Position numbers and translations under genes: made by a program
The notes under the pieces: model-generated
The model's database searches: none
What the model was told of the DNA's origin: nothing
Seen by the model: the letters and a program-made list of their open reading frames with translations, nothing else
Source: Lama glama
Lineage: Eukaryota
Reading direction: 5' to 3'
Assembly (NCBI GenBank): GCA_028534125.1
Contig: CM052816.1
Span: 17,052,001 to 17,116,000, forward strand
Length of the DNA stretch: 64,000 nt
Shown here: positions 27,164-41,100 of the stretch, piece by piece
Layout: every line of letters begins with the position of its first letter
Position numbering within the stretch: position 1 is the first letter of the stretch

Positions 27164-30100
27164 CACATATATATATATTTAATTTAATTCCAATGGCATT
27201 TAAAAGGGGTAAGAAACTGAAAGATCAAATCTTCTGCCTACCCATCCAATCTAAGACTATTAGAACTTCTGTTTGGCTCTTTTGGATGACTGGAAAATTT
27301 TATTAAAAGTTATTCTTTTGGGAGGCTAGATATAGATGTCAGCCAATATTTCTTGAATTTATTAGTATGGGTAAGACTCATCATTGATGAATGTTAAAAA
27401 TTTAAACTCTCAGGTTCTACCTGAGTGGCTTGGGGAGTGACCCAGAAATCTATTTTTTTAAAGGTTTTTTTTTTTAATACTGAGAAATCATACGTACAGA
27501 AATAGGCATGAAACAAATGTATAGCAAAACAGATTAATAAAAAGCAAATGCCTTTGTAACCGCCACCCAGATCTAGAAATAAACACTGATAGCATCCCAG
27601 TAGCTCTCACAATCCTGATCTCCTCTCTCCCCACTAAAGGTAACGACTGTGCCGACTTTTTGACGATCACTTCCTTATGTTTTTGAGCTTCATGAAAATT
27701 AAATCTGACTATATGTATATTTTTGATTCAGCTTCTTTGACTAAATACTGTATATGAGACTTATCCATGTTGTTACATATCACTGTGGTTTGTTCATTTC
27801 CTTGCTGTAAAGTATTCCATTATATGATTGTACCACAATGATCCTATTTACTGTTGGTGGGCAATTGGATTATTTTTCTCTTTGACTGTTGTGAATAACA
27901 TTGCTATGTACATTGTTGTACACAATATGTATGCACGTTTACTGTTCTTTAACTTGAGTAAATATTGACAAGTGTTTTCCATAGCGCTTATTTCAGTTTA
28001 CATTCTCAGTAACTGTGTGAACGTTCTCATTGCTTCACATCCTTGAGTATTTGTCATTTTAATAAGTTCCATCCCCTTTTCTCATGTATATTGACCAGTT
28101 CCTCCTTTTGTGAGATGGCCTGTTCAAGTTAGTTTCCTATCTTTCTGTTGGGTTATCTTTTTCTTATTGAAAAAGGAGGCTCTCTTTTAAAATGTATGTT
28201 GTGAATATATTTTTAGGCTCTCTTTTAAAATATATGCTGTGAATATATTTCCCCTATGGTGTGTTATGCCCTTTTCATATTGTGTCTTCTGATGAATAAG
28301 TCTTAAATTTTTATCAAGTTTATCATTCTCATCCTTTTGTGGTTAATGCTTTTTGTGTCTTGTTTAAGAAATCTTTTCCTAAATACACACTCCTGTATTA
28401 TCTTCTAAAAGCTGTATCATTTCATCTTCCTTATTTAGGGCTCTATCTGGTATTGATTTTTGTCTCTGATGTGTGAGAGGGGTCCAGGTTACCTATTTTA
28501 GTATGGATACCAAACTGTTGCAGCCCTCATTTCTGAGAAGACTGTTCTTTTCCTGCTTTGTTCTAAGTGGCACCTTTGTTCTAAATCAAGTGTATATGCA
28601 TGGGTCTGTTTCTATTCTTTATGTCTATTCTTGTGCCAGTACCATACTATCTTATTTACTTTTTTATGGTATTTGAAGTCTCGGATAGGGTCCAGATCTC
28701 CAATAAAATAAAACTGTCACTTCAGGAAAGGCTGATACAGGTGGTCCATGGCTTACATCCCTATTTAGGGAGTAGTAAGAAAGCTTCCACATGTCTGGTT
28801 TAAGCTTTACTGGCTTGTGTGTATAATTATAAAAACATATTTATGTAAATGTAACCATTTTGATACATGGTTGCACACATGATTTATTTACTTTTTCATG
28901 TTATATTTCCTAATCTTTGTGAATGTCAGTAATTTTAAAATTGTCCACTGACTGTGTGTAGTCTAATCCATTTTATATATTTGTTTGCTGCTATTTTTAA
29001 ACACAATTCTACAAATAAGGTAAAACTAAAAAAAAATTTTAATTGAACTATAGTTGATTTACCATATTGTTTTAGTTTCAGGTATACAGCAAAGTGATTC
29101 AGGGGTGTGCATGTGTATTCTTCAGGTTCTTTTCCATTATAGGTTACTACAAGATACTAAATATAGTCCCCTGTGCTATACAGTAAATCCTTGTTGTTTA
29201 TGTGTTTTATATAGTGAGATATATGTGTTAATTCCATACTCCTAATATATATGCCCCCACCCTCAATTTTCCCTTTGTAACCAACCATTGTTTGTTTTCT
29301 CTGTCTGTGAGTCTATTTTGGTGGGGGGAGGTAATTAGGTTTATTAATTTTTTTTGATAGAGGTACTGGGGTTTGAACCCAGGACCTCATGCATGCTAAG
29401 CATGTGCTCTGCCACTGAACTGTACCTTCCCCCTGTGAATCTTTCTGTTTTGTAAATAAGTTCATTTATATTATATTTTAGATTCCACTTAATAAGTGAT
29501 ACCATATAATACTTTTCTTTTTCTGACTTACTTGACTTAGTATGGTAATATATAGGTCCACCCATGTTGCTACAACTGGGGGTATTTCATTCTTTTTTAT
29601 GGCTGAGTAATATTTCATTGTGTGTGTGTGTATGTTTGTACACACCACATCTTCTTTATCCATTCACCTCTTGATGGACACTTAGGTTGCTTCCATGTCT
29701 TGACTGTTGCAAATAGTGCTACTGTGAACATTGGGGTGCATGTATCTTTTTGAATTAGAGTTTTTTGTCTTTTCCGGATATATGCCCAGGAGTAGGATTG
29801 CTGGATCATATGGTAAGTCTGTTTTTAGTTTTTTAAGGAACCTCCATACTGTTTTCTATAGTGGCTGCACCAATTTACATTCCCACCAATAGTGTAGGAG
29901 GGTTTCCTTTTCTTCCACATCCTCTTCAGCATTTATTATTTGTAGCCTTTTGGATGATGGCCATTTTGACTGGTGTGAGGTGATACCTCATAGTTATGAT
30001 TTGCATTTCTCTAACAATAACGTTGTTGAGCATCTTTTCATGTGTCTATTGGCTATTTGTCTGCTGTAAAATTTTAATTATAGAATCTAGATGATGGAGC

Positions 30101-32133
30101 TGAGGGTGTTTACGTACAATTTTTCAACTTTCCTGTAGTTTTGAAAATTTCCATAATAAAACGTTAGAGATATCTTCAACTAGAAACATAAGGAGGGAAT
30201 CACAGCAGGACAGTAGGAGTGGTGTGCTCACGATATAATTGGGCCCCATACCCCATGGGTGGGTGACTCACAAATTGGAGAATAATTAAAGTACAGAGGC
30301 CTTCCCACAGGAGTGCGAGTTCTGAGCCCCATATCAGGCTCCCCAGGGTTCCAGCATTGGGAGGAAGAGACCCCAGCATATACGGTTTTGAAGGCAAGAG
30401 GGGCTTAATTGCAGAAGCTCTATGGAACTGGGGAAAACACAGACTTAATTCTCTTGGGAACTGCAGACAGAAACTCGTGTGTGCCGGGACCGAGAGCAGA
30501 GGCAGTGATTTTGTAGGAACCTAGCCCAGACCTGTCTGCTGGTTTTGGAGTCTCCTGGGAGGTGGGGAGCTGCTGTGTGGCTCACCCTGGGAACATAAAA
30601 GCTGGTGGTGGACATTATGAGAGTGTTCATCTACATGAGCTTTCCTGGGGGCTGACATCTTGCTTGAGTCATTAGCTCCAAGACTTAGTCCCACCCAACA
30701 GCCTGTAGGCTTAAGGGCTGGGAAGCTTTAGGCCAAACAACATTCTGAGTGGGAACACAGCCCCACTCATCAGCATACTTCCTGACCCTGCAGTTGCTTC
30801 TGGATATGCCCCTAGACACGGCCCTTCTCAGCAGAGGGCCAGGACCAAGCTCCAGCCAGTGGGCAGGTACTGAATCCTTCTGCCAGGAAACCTGCGTAAG
30901 CCTCTAGTTCAGCCTCACCCACCAAGGGGCAGATACCAGAAGTAAGAAAACAACAATCCCACAGCCTGTGGAAGGAATCATAAATACAGGTCAGACTCCA
31001 TCCTGGGACCAGCTGGACCCTGGCTCTTGGGTGACAAGAGGGACATACACTGCTGAGATGCATAGAATGTCTCATACAGAGGGCCATTTCTCCAAGGTGG
31101 AGAAATGTAACTAACCTGCCTAAAAGTACAAATAGAAATTTAGACAAAATGAGGTGGCAGAGGAATATACTCCAGGCAAAGGCACAAGAAAAAAATCTCA
31201 GAAGAGATAAGTGATGAGGAAATAGGCAATCTACCTGAGAAAGAATTTAGAGTAATGGTTATGAAGATGATCAAAGAACTCAAGAGGAGAATAGATGCAG
31301 AGAGTGAAATTTTTAGCAAAGAGTTAGAAAATATAAAGAATGCCCAGAATTGAAGAATACAATTACTAAAATGAATAATACACTGGAAAAAACCAAGAAT
31401 AGAAGAAATGAGGCAGAAGAATGGATCAGTGAGCTAGAAGACAGATTAGTGGAAATCACTACCATAGAACAGAAAAAAGAATGAAAAGAAACAAGGATAA
31501 TTTGAGACCCCAAGGATAACATGAAGCACACTAATATTCACATTATAGGGGTCCCAGAAAGAGAAGAGAGAAAGTACCTGAGAAATTATTTGAAGAGATT
31601 ATAGCCGAAAACTTCCCTAACTTGGGAAAGAAAATAGTCACCCTAGTCCAGGAAGCACAGAGAGTCCCACACAGGATTAACCCAAAGAGGAACACATCAA
31701 GGCACGTAGTAATCAAATTGACAAAAATTAAAGATAAGGAGAAAATAATAAAATCAGCAAGAGAAAAGCAACAAATAACATACAAAGGAACTCCCATAAG
31801 ATTATCAGCTGATTTCTCAGCAGAAACTCTGCAGGCCAGAGGGAGTGGCACGATACATTTAAAGTGATGAAAGGGAAAAATTTACAACCAGGAATATTCT
31901 ACCCAGCAAGACTCTCATTCAGATTTGATGGAGAAATTAAAAGCTTCACAGATAGATAAAAGCTAAAAGAATTCACCACCAAACCAGCTTTATAATAAAT
32001 GTTCAAGAAACTTCTCTAGGTGAAACAGAAAAGGCCACAGCTAGACACAAGTAATTGTGAGGGGAGTAGGGTATGAATACAAGTTTTCCAAAATGCATTT
32101 GAAATTAAGATATCAGGAACTTGAAACAATCGT

Positions 32134-32171
<38 letters not shown>

Positions 32172-35100
32172 TGTAGTGTAACTCTGTAGTCATCAAAACA
32201 CAAGAGAACAAAAAGAAGAAAGAGGGAAAAAAAAAAACGTGCAAAAACAAATCCAAATAACAAAATGGCAATAAAAACATACGATATCAATGTCTTACGT
32301 TTGATAATTACTTTAAATATAAATGGATTAAATGCTCCAAGCAAAAGACATAGACTGGCTGAATGGATATAGAAACAACACCTGTATGTATGCAAGAGAC
32401 ACACTTCAGAGCTAGACACACATACAGGCTTAAAGTAGGGGGATGGAAAAAGATATTCCATACAAATGGAAACCGAAAGAAAGCTGGAGTAGCAATACTT
32501 ACATCAGACAATAGATTTTTAAATAAAGACTGATACAAGAGACAAGGATACTACATAATGCTTAAGGGATCAATCCAAGAAGAGGATATAACAATTTGAA
32601 ATATATACGCACCCAACACAGAAGCACCTCAGTATATAAGGCAATTGTTAACAGACATAAAAGGAGAAATCAACAATAACACAGTAATAGTGGGGACCTT
32701 AACACCACACTTACATCAATGGACAGATAATCCAGACAGAAAATCAATAAGGAAATACAGGACCTAAATAACACATTAGACCAGATGGACTTAATTGATA
32801 TCTATAGAACATTCCATCTGAAAACAACAGAAACAGAATACCATTCTTCTCAAGTGCACATGGAACATTCTCCAGAATCAACCACGTGCTGGCCCACAAA
32901 GGTAGCCTCAGCAAATTTAGGAAAATTGAAATCATACCAAGCATCTTTTCTGACCACAATGCTATAAGGTTAGAAATCAACTACAAGAAAAAAGCTTCAA
33001 AAACTGTGAACACGTGGAGGCTAAACAATATGCTACTAAACAACCAATGGATCATGGAAGAAATCAAAGAGGAAATCAAAAATTACTTTGAGACAAATGA
33101 AAATGAAAACGCAGCAACAGAAAACCTCTGGGAAGCAGCAAAAGCAGTTCAAAAAAAGGTAGTTTATAGTGATACAAGCCTACCTCAGGAAACAAGAAAA
33201 AATGTCAAATAACCTAACCTTACCAGAGCAGCTGGAGAAAGAAGAACAAAACAAACCTCAAAGTTAGTAGAAGAAAAGAAATCATAAAGATTAGAGCAGA
33301 AATAAATGAAATAGAGACTAATAAAAATAGAAAAGATCAATGAAACTAAAACCTAGTTCTTTGAAAAGATAAACAGGATTGATAAACCTTTAGTCAGACT
33401 CATCAAGGAAAAAAGGGAGAGGGCCCAAATTAATAAAATCAGAGAAGAAAAAGAAGTTACAACTGACACCACAGAAATACAAGGGATCGTAAGAGGCTAC
33501 TATGAGCAACTCTACACCAACAAAATGGATAGCCAAGAAGAAATGGACTGTTTCTTAGAAAGGTACAATTTGCCAAGACTGCCCCGTGAAGAAGTAGAAA
33601 ATATGAATAGATCAGTTACTAGTACTGAAATGAGTAATTAAAAAATTCCCAAATGAAAGTCCAGGACTAGATGGCTTCACAGGCTAATTCTGTCAAACAT
33701 TTAGAGAAGAGTTAATACCTGTCCTCCTGAAACTATTCCAAAAAATTGCAGAGGAAGGAACACTTCTGAACTCATTCCATGAGGCCACGATTATCCTGAT
33801 ACCAAAACCAGACAAAGATAACATACAAAAAAAGAAAATTATAGACCAACATCACTTATAAATATAGATGTAGAAATACTCAACAAAATACCAGCAGATT
33901 GACTCCAACAAGGCACTAAAAGGATCATACAGCTTCAAGAGGGATTTATCTCAGAGATGCAAGGATTTTTCAGTATTTGCAAATCAGTGTGATAACACCA
34001 TGTTAACAAATTGAAGAATAAAAACCATATGATCATCTCTAGAGATGCAGAATATGCTTTTGACAGAATTCAGCATCCATTTATGATAAAACCTCTGCAG
34101 AAAGTGGGCACAGAGGGAACATAATGTAATGGAGGCCATATATGAAAAACCCACAGCTAACATCGTATTTAATGGTGAAAAGCTGAAAGCATTTCCTCTA
34201 AGATCAGGAACAAGACAGGGATGCCCACTTTCAGCACTTCTTTCAACATAGTTTTAGAAGTCCTAGCCACAGCAATCAGAGAAGAAAAACAAATAAAAGG
34301 CATCCAAATTGGAAAAGAAGAAGTAAAACCTTCACTGTTTGCAGATGATGTGATACTATACATAAAAAAATCCCAAAGACACCAGCAGAAAACTACTAGA
34401 ACTCATCAGTGAATTTGGTAAAGTTGCAGGATACAAAACTAATATACAGAAATGAGTTGCATTTCTATACACTAACAACAAAACAGTAGAAAAAGAAATG
34501 AAAGAAACAACCCATTTACCGTCACATCAAAAAGAATGAAATACCTAGGAATAAACCTACCAAAGGAGGCAAAGGACCTGTACCCTGAAAACTGTAAGAC
34601 ACTGATGAAAGAAATGAAGATGACTCAAACAGATGGAAAGATATACCGTGTTCTTGGATCGGAAGAATCAGTCGTTAAAATGGCCATACTACCCAAGGCA
34701 ATCTACAGATTCAATGCAATCTCTATCAAACTACCAATGGCATTTTTCACAGAACTGGAACAAAAAAAATGTTAAAATTTATATGGAAACACAAAAGACA
34801 CCGAACAGCCAAAACAATCTTGAGAAAGAAGAACGGAGCTGAAGGAATCATGCTCCCTGGCTTCAGACTATACCACAAAGCTACCATAATCAAAACAGTA
34901 TAGTACTCGCACAAAAACAGACACATAGATCAATGGAATAGGAGAGAAAGTCCACACGCTTATGCTTAGTTAATCTATGACAAAGTCAAGAGTATACAAT
35001 GGAGAAAAGATAGTCTCTTCAATAAGTGGTTCTGAGAAAACTAGACAGCTAACATGTGAAAGAATAAAAATGAGAATATTCTTTTAACACTGTACAAAAA

Positions 35101-38100
35101 AGTAGACTCAAATGGATTAAAGACATAAATGTAAGACAGAATACTATAAAACTCCTAGAGGAAAACATAGGCAGAACACTTTGATGTAAGTTGCAGCAAT
35201 GTTTTTTTCAAATGAGCTCCTAGAATAATGGACATAATGGCAAAAATAAACAGATAGGACCTAATTAAACTTAAATGCTTTTGCTTAGCTAAGGATACCA
35301 ACAACAAAACAAAAAGACAAACTACAGAATGAAAGAAAATATATGCAAATGATGCAACCGATAAGGGACTAATTTCTAAAATACAGCTTAATATTTTAAA
35401 AAAGCAACCCTATCAAAAAATGGGCAGAAGACCTGAATAGACATTTCTTCAAAGAAGACATTCAGATTGCCAATAGGCACATGAAAAGATGTTTGATATT
35501 GCTAATTGTTAGAGAAATGCAAATCAAACTACAGTGAGATTATCACCTCACACCAGTCAGAATAACCACCATTAAAAAGTGTACAAATAATAAATGCTGG
35601 AGAAGTTGTGCTGAAAGGAACCCTCCTACACTGTTGATGGGAATGTAAATCGGTGCAGCCACTATGGAGGATAGTATGGAGATTCCTTTAAAAACTAAAA
35701 ATAGACTTACCATATGCTCCAATAATCCCATTTCTGGGCCTATATGTAGAGAAGAATATACTCTATTGACTATTAATGGACCTGGAGATCGTTATTCTAA
35801 GTGAAGTAAGCCATAAAGAGAAAGAAAAATACCATATGATATCGCTTATATGTGGAATCTAAAAAAAAGAAAAGACACGAGTAAATTTATTTATGAAACA
35901 GAAACAGGCTCACAGACACAGAAAACAAACTTATACTTACCAGGGGATAAAGAGGGTGGGAAGGGATAAATTGGGAGTTTGAAATTTGCAGAAACTACTC
36001 TATATAAAATAAAGAAGTTTATAATGTAAAGCACAGGGAACTATAATCAGTATGTTTTAGTAACCTATAATGAAAAAGAATATGAAAATGAATATATGTA
36101 CATACATAGATGTAGGATGGAAACATTATGCTGTACACCAGAAATTGACACAGCATTGTAAACTGACTGTACTTTAATAAAAAAAAAAGAATGAAAAAAT
36201 ATTGGAAGAAATAATGCTTCAGAGAACACTTTATGATATGAAATGTTTGGTAGTGGTTTTTTTTTTTTATTTAGGATATATATTGTTAGATTTGGTAGAC
36301 TCTAGATAGAGTTGCACATGTGGAATTTCTGTGTCAAAGAGCATGCATACTTTTAGGGCTGTTTAAAACACAGTGCCAAGTTGATTTCCACAAGAGTTTT
36401 ACTAATTGACCCTCTCACTGGCAACATATTAGTGTCAGTTTCATAGCCTTTGTCATTATAGCATATTAGCATCAGCAGAAAACTGTACTAATTTTATCTT
36501 AATCCTTATTTTAAATTTGCATTGCTGGTTAGGTTATTTTTCTTTTGCTTATTTGATTATTTGTTAAGTATCTTGTGTCCATCTATGTACTAGCATTTTA
36601 GTGATAATCTAATTTTTAAAAGGATGAGAAAAGTCCTCTGGAAGAATAAGTACATGACTAACAGTGACAGTGAAAAAACAGAGAGGTGATGTAAGCCCTT
36701 TGAAAAGGTAAAACATGATACAAAGCTTTGTTAACAGACTGAGGGACTAAATAGTTGAGAATTAGAACTTTTTGAGAATTTGTTGTAAGATAGAGCAAAA
36801 GTAGCAAAAGCCAGAAATCACAGATTAAATGGTGACAAGAAGGATGTTGGATTTATAACTTTTCTTCACACCATTCAACCTACTATATCATCAGTGAATT
36901 ACAGTTAGGTGTTAAAGGTAGAAATGAATGTTTCTTAATAGGTAACAAATTGTCTAAACTTAGAGAATGCAAATGTTAGGAAAATATACCAGCTTTAGCT
37001 TTTATAATGAAATAGCAACTCATAACCAAGATTAAAAATATAATCACCAGATCATTGCAGCAAAATATCAGAAAAAGATCTAATGTCTTAGTTGACATTA
37101 AATCACTCTTTGGGGAAAGCCTCATTTTTTTTTCTTCAAAAATCACTAAATATTTAACTTTCAACTCATCTGAAACTGCTAGAAATAGATGGCTACACTC
37201 TTCTTTGTGCTGCTATATGAGATATTTCTCCCCAGCTTTTCCTGATTTCTGGAATGAAAATGATTAAATGATTTCAGTTAAATGTGAAAATGTTTTTAAG
37301 TACTTTCTTTGAAGGTTTTAGCATGAAAGCATTTAGCTAAGAATAGTCCATTTATGAAAACTAGCGTAATATTAGCAGTTAAATTTTTCTTTTTAATTAG
37401 AGGTTATGTGTGCCAAATGTAAGGATGGCTTTCTTTTGTCTAATTAAGCATTTGTGCAGTTTGCTACTTGTGTGTTCGCCTAAGGGAGACCTGAAGATTG
37501 TTAAATGAATGGTAAATGGTGTTCATTTGGTTTCCTACAGAGAATCCTGAGAATATTAACGTTCATAGACCTTGTTTCTTGTGTTGGTTTCTGTTGGCAC
37601 ACTTACAGAGGCTCTTCATGAAACTAATGTAAATTTACTTTTTAAAAATGACTTATTCATAGGGTCATTGAATTATCAGAAAATGAACTCAAGTTGTATA
37701 ACCACTACCTGGGTCCCTGCTCCTGTCCCTTCTCAGTTTCCATATTCTCCCAAAGTAGCCACTATCTGACTTCAATTATTGCAGATTAGTTTTTTCTGTT
37801 ACTGAATTTTTTTCCTTTGAAGATCAACTTTATTGAGATGTATTTTTCACAGTAAAATTGCACCCATTTTATAAATGATGAACACATATACATGTATACC
37901 TGTTAACAACCATGGCATTCAAGGTAGAGACTGTTTATATAACGCCACATGCTTCTTTAAAGTAAACTCTGCCCATCCCCACAGTTTCTGGCTTCAGGCA
38001 ATCACTGATCTGCATTCTGTCATATACAGATGAATGTTACCTGTTTTAGAAAAATCTCATATAAATGGAATCTCATTGAGTAGTTTCTCTTGTGCCTGGC

Positions 38101-41100
38101 TTTTGCTTGTTGTAATGTTTTTTGAGATTCAGTTTATTGCATGTGTCAGTTGTTAATGACTTTTATTAAAAAAATATGCTATATGTATTCCATGGTAGGG
38201 ATATTCCACACTTACAAGAAATTATCAGACTGGTTTCCAAAGTGGTTGAAACGTTTTACTTTCCCACCAGCATTATTGTGAATGTTCTAGTTGCTTCACA
38301 TCCTTACCAACGCTTGACTTCTAATTTTAAACGTTTTGGAAATATCTATATCTCATTGTGGGTTTAAGTTGCACTTTTGATAACTGGGTAAAAATGAATC
38401 TGTTCTCTATGTTTTTATAAGTATTGATAAACACTGCGGTGCAGAATTTGCTAAGGAAAGTGTGTTACAGGCACAGTGAATGTGGTGGTCTGAATTTTAG
38501 TACCAAGCCTTTTCCTTTTGTAGTTTCAGAATATCCTCTGAATAGTAGCATGTACTATTACTTCTGGAAAGGCGTACAGGGCCAGTCTTGAGGCTTCCAT
38601 ACTACCCTAGATGGGTACTGTTGTTGGGCCAGTAGTCAGTTTTTTTTCCCCCTTCCAGGCTTGGAATAGGTCATTATTCCTCCAAGCGAGTGCCATGTGA
38701 AGTTGTTGGCTATACACACACAACATACATAGAGTATGTATGTTTAAGGGTCTTCTTCTGTGAAAAATAATTTCTTTAGAAAATTAGCCGTAGAACTTAG
38801 CACATGTTCTCCTGATTTTATTATTAATATAGTGTAAATGTGGCACTTTTCAGCATGTTTTGTGATCATTTAGTATGAAAAATTTTATAGCTAATTTCTT
38901 TCTTTGATTGCAGTGCCCATATATCTCCCATCAGCATCTTACCAGCCTCTGCAGAGTAAGTAGTATAACTTAGAGAAGACATTGAAAGATTAAAAAAAAA
39001 AACACTAAACGGGAAGTTAAAATCATGTATTTATTGTGCTTACTTTAGAGGAAGGATTGTACATAAAGCAGTGAAACTAATTAGTATTTTATGTACTGCA
39101 ATAGGAACCAGTGAATGTATTGCACTAATATATGAAATAAAGGTGAGCTTTTTTCAGGTGATTTTTTTTGTTTGTTCTTCTGAAATGATTGAAAAATATC
39201 AATAGATATTTTTATGAAGTTTTCTTTAAGAAGTAGATGTCACATAAAAAATATGGACAGTACCCTTAAAGTTTCTTTTATTTAGCTGAGTGCTGGTAAA
39301 TTATTTTGCTTTATAAATACAGCTTTAAAACGTCTATTTAAGGGAGGAGGATATAGCTCAAGTGGTAGAGTGCATGCTTAGCATGCACAAGGTGCTGGAT
39401 TCAATCCCCCATACCGCCTCTAAAAATAAATAAATAAACCTTATTACTTCCTTACCATCCCCAAAGTTTTATTTTTAATTAAAAAATGTCTAGTTAAATG
39501 GCTTTATATATAGTAGCGAGGAATGAGTTATTGGGACAAGTGATTATTTCTAACTCAGTAGTAATGGTAACATTATAATTGATTTATGTAATATCTATTA
39601 GGCAAATCATTTTAAAATTTAAGTCAATATCATGTATTCTTTTTATATATTTCTTTTACCACTCTAGTCTGTTTATTTAATACCATAATATTTTTTAATT
39701 GATTGTGGGTTTTAAAGTTGTGTTTATGTGACCAAATACCCAGATAGGGTGACTGCTTCTCACTAAAATGTGTTCTGTTTTGTAGCATTTTAGAAAGAAC
39801 GATTAGAGCAGCTGTGGAACAGCACCTTTTTGATCTGCAGAGCAGCATAGATCATGATCTTAAGAATTTACAACAGCAGAGTCTGGTGTGTAATAATGAA
39901 GCAGGAAGTGTTAATTGTGATGGGAAAGGATCTAATAACCAGTAAGAAACTTCTAAAATATTTTACTTTTATTTATTGTTATGAAATTGCCTTTTTATTG
40001 TATTTTTTCTTAAATAATGGGTTCTTATCTTACTTGAGGATTTCTGAAAGTCAGTGTGAAAAGTGAATTTGTACATATGTGCGTATAAATTGTATATACT
40101 TCTTAACATTGAAAACCTCATAAATATTCCATTAAGGTAGTAGACATTAAGTCCAACACACCCAGGTTTTCCTCCCTGAACACCAGATGAAATAGTGGGT
40201 TTACCTTTAGGGACTATGTTGTATGAAAAATAACTTAAGAAAAGCTAGACCTATACTTTCTGTTACAGATGTTCACACCATGAGAGACATACAGTGATCT
40301 AAACAAATAGATCATAGGGACAGCAGATTGACATCACCCTTAGTGCATATGGTCGTTGAGTGAAGTGAATAGAATCATCTTTTGCTATTTAACTTGTTAT
40401 CCCGTGCCACCAGCCTTTGCCTTTCCTGCATGCTGTTTTTTTAGGTTAGCTAGTAATAGTTGAATTTATGTAAGTTAAAAGTACCTCTGTGTACTGTATG
40501 ATGTGTGATATTACTTCACTCTTCATCTGACTTGTTACGTTTAAATGACAAAATCTTCATTTCCTTTTTGATTACCTCAGCCCTGCACTCTAAGATACGT
40601 AGGTGCCTTTCCCTGAGACCACAGTGCAATGATTTCCTAGTTCGCATTTGTCAGTTTTTGTTTGGGGACAGATCTGCAGAACAGCATAGTTCATGATCTT
40701 AAGAAAGCTGTGCCCAAATTTGGAGAATTCATAAGAGGGCCCAAAAAGCAGATGATTGGGTAGAATGATTTTGTTGTTATTTTTGTTAGGAATTAGGTTT
40801 TTAAAAGTCCAAATATGTTAAGTATACTAGACTAACTATTAAGTATGAAATGAAACTGAAAAATTAATGGATATGAAAACCAATGGTTGAAGTATGTTTA
40901 TTTTAGGAATACCATATTGTACAACTGTAGGTGTGCCATGTAGTCTGTGTGAATGGCATCACCAGCCTATGCAGCTCTATGTGATGGTCTGTTTGCTTTG
41001 AATACACGATTAGAACTAATACAAGTGGATCTATAGGGAGTATTTGGGTTGAATATGAAGGAAAGAAGTGTCTAAAAGGTGAAAATAGTCGGAAAATGGA

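Noticed and set aside
30168..36190. Active autonomous L1
   Set aside because: Both ORFs have many stops and frameshifts, and the ORF2 C-terminus is deleted near 35760.
37541..37585. Possible counterpart of the small FAM13A exon preceding 'SAH', after TTCCTACAG|
   Set aside because: There is a stop at the fourth codon in phase 2 and no good donor.
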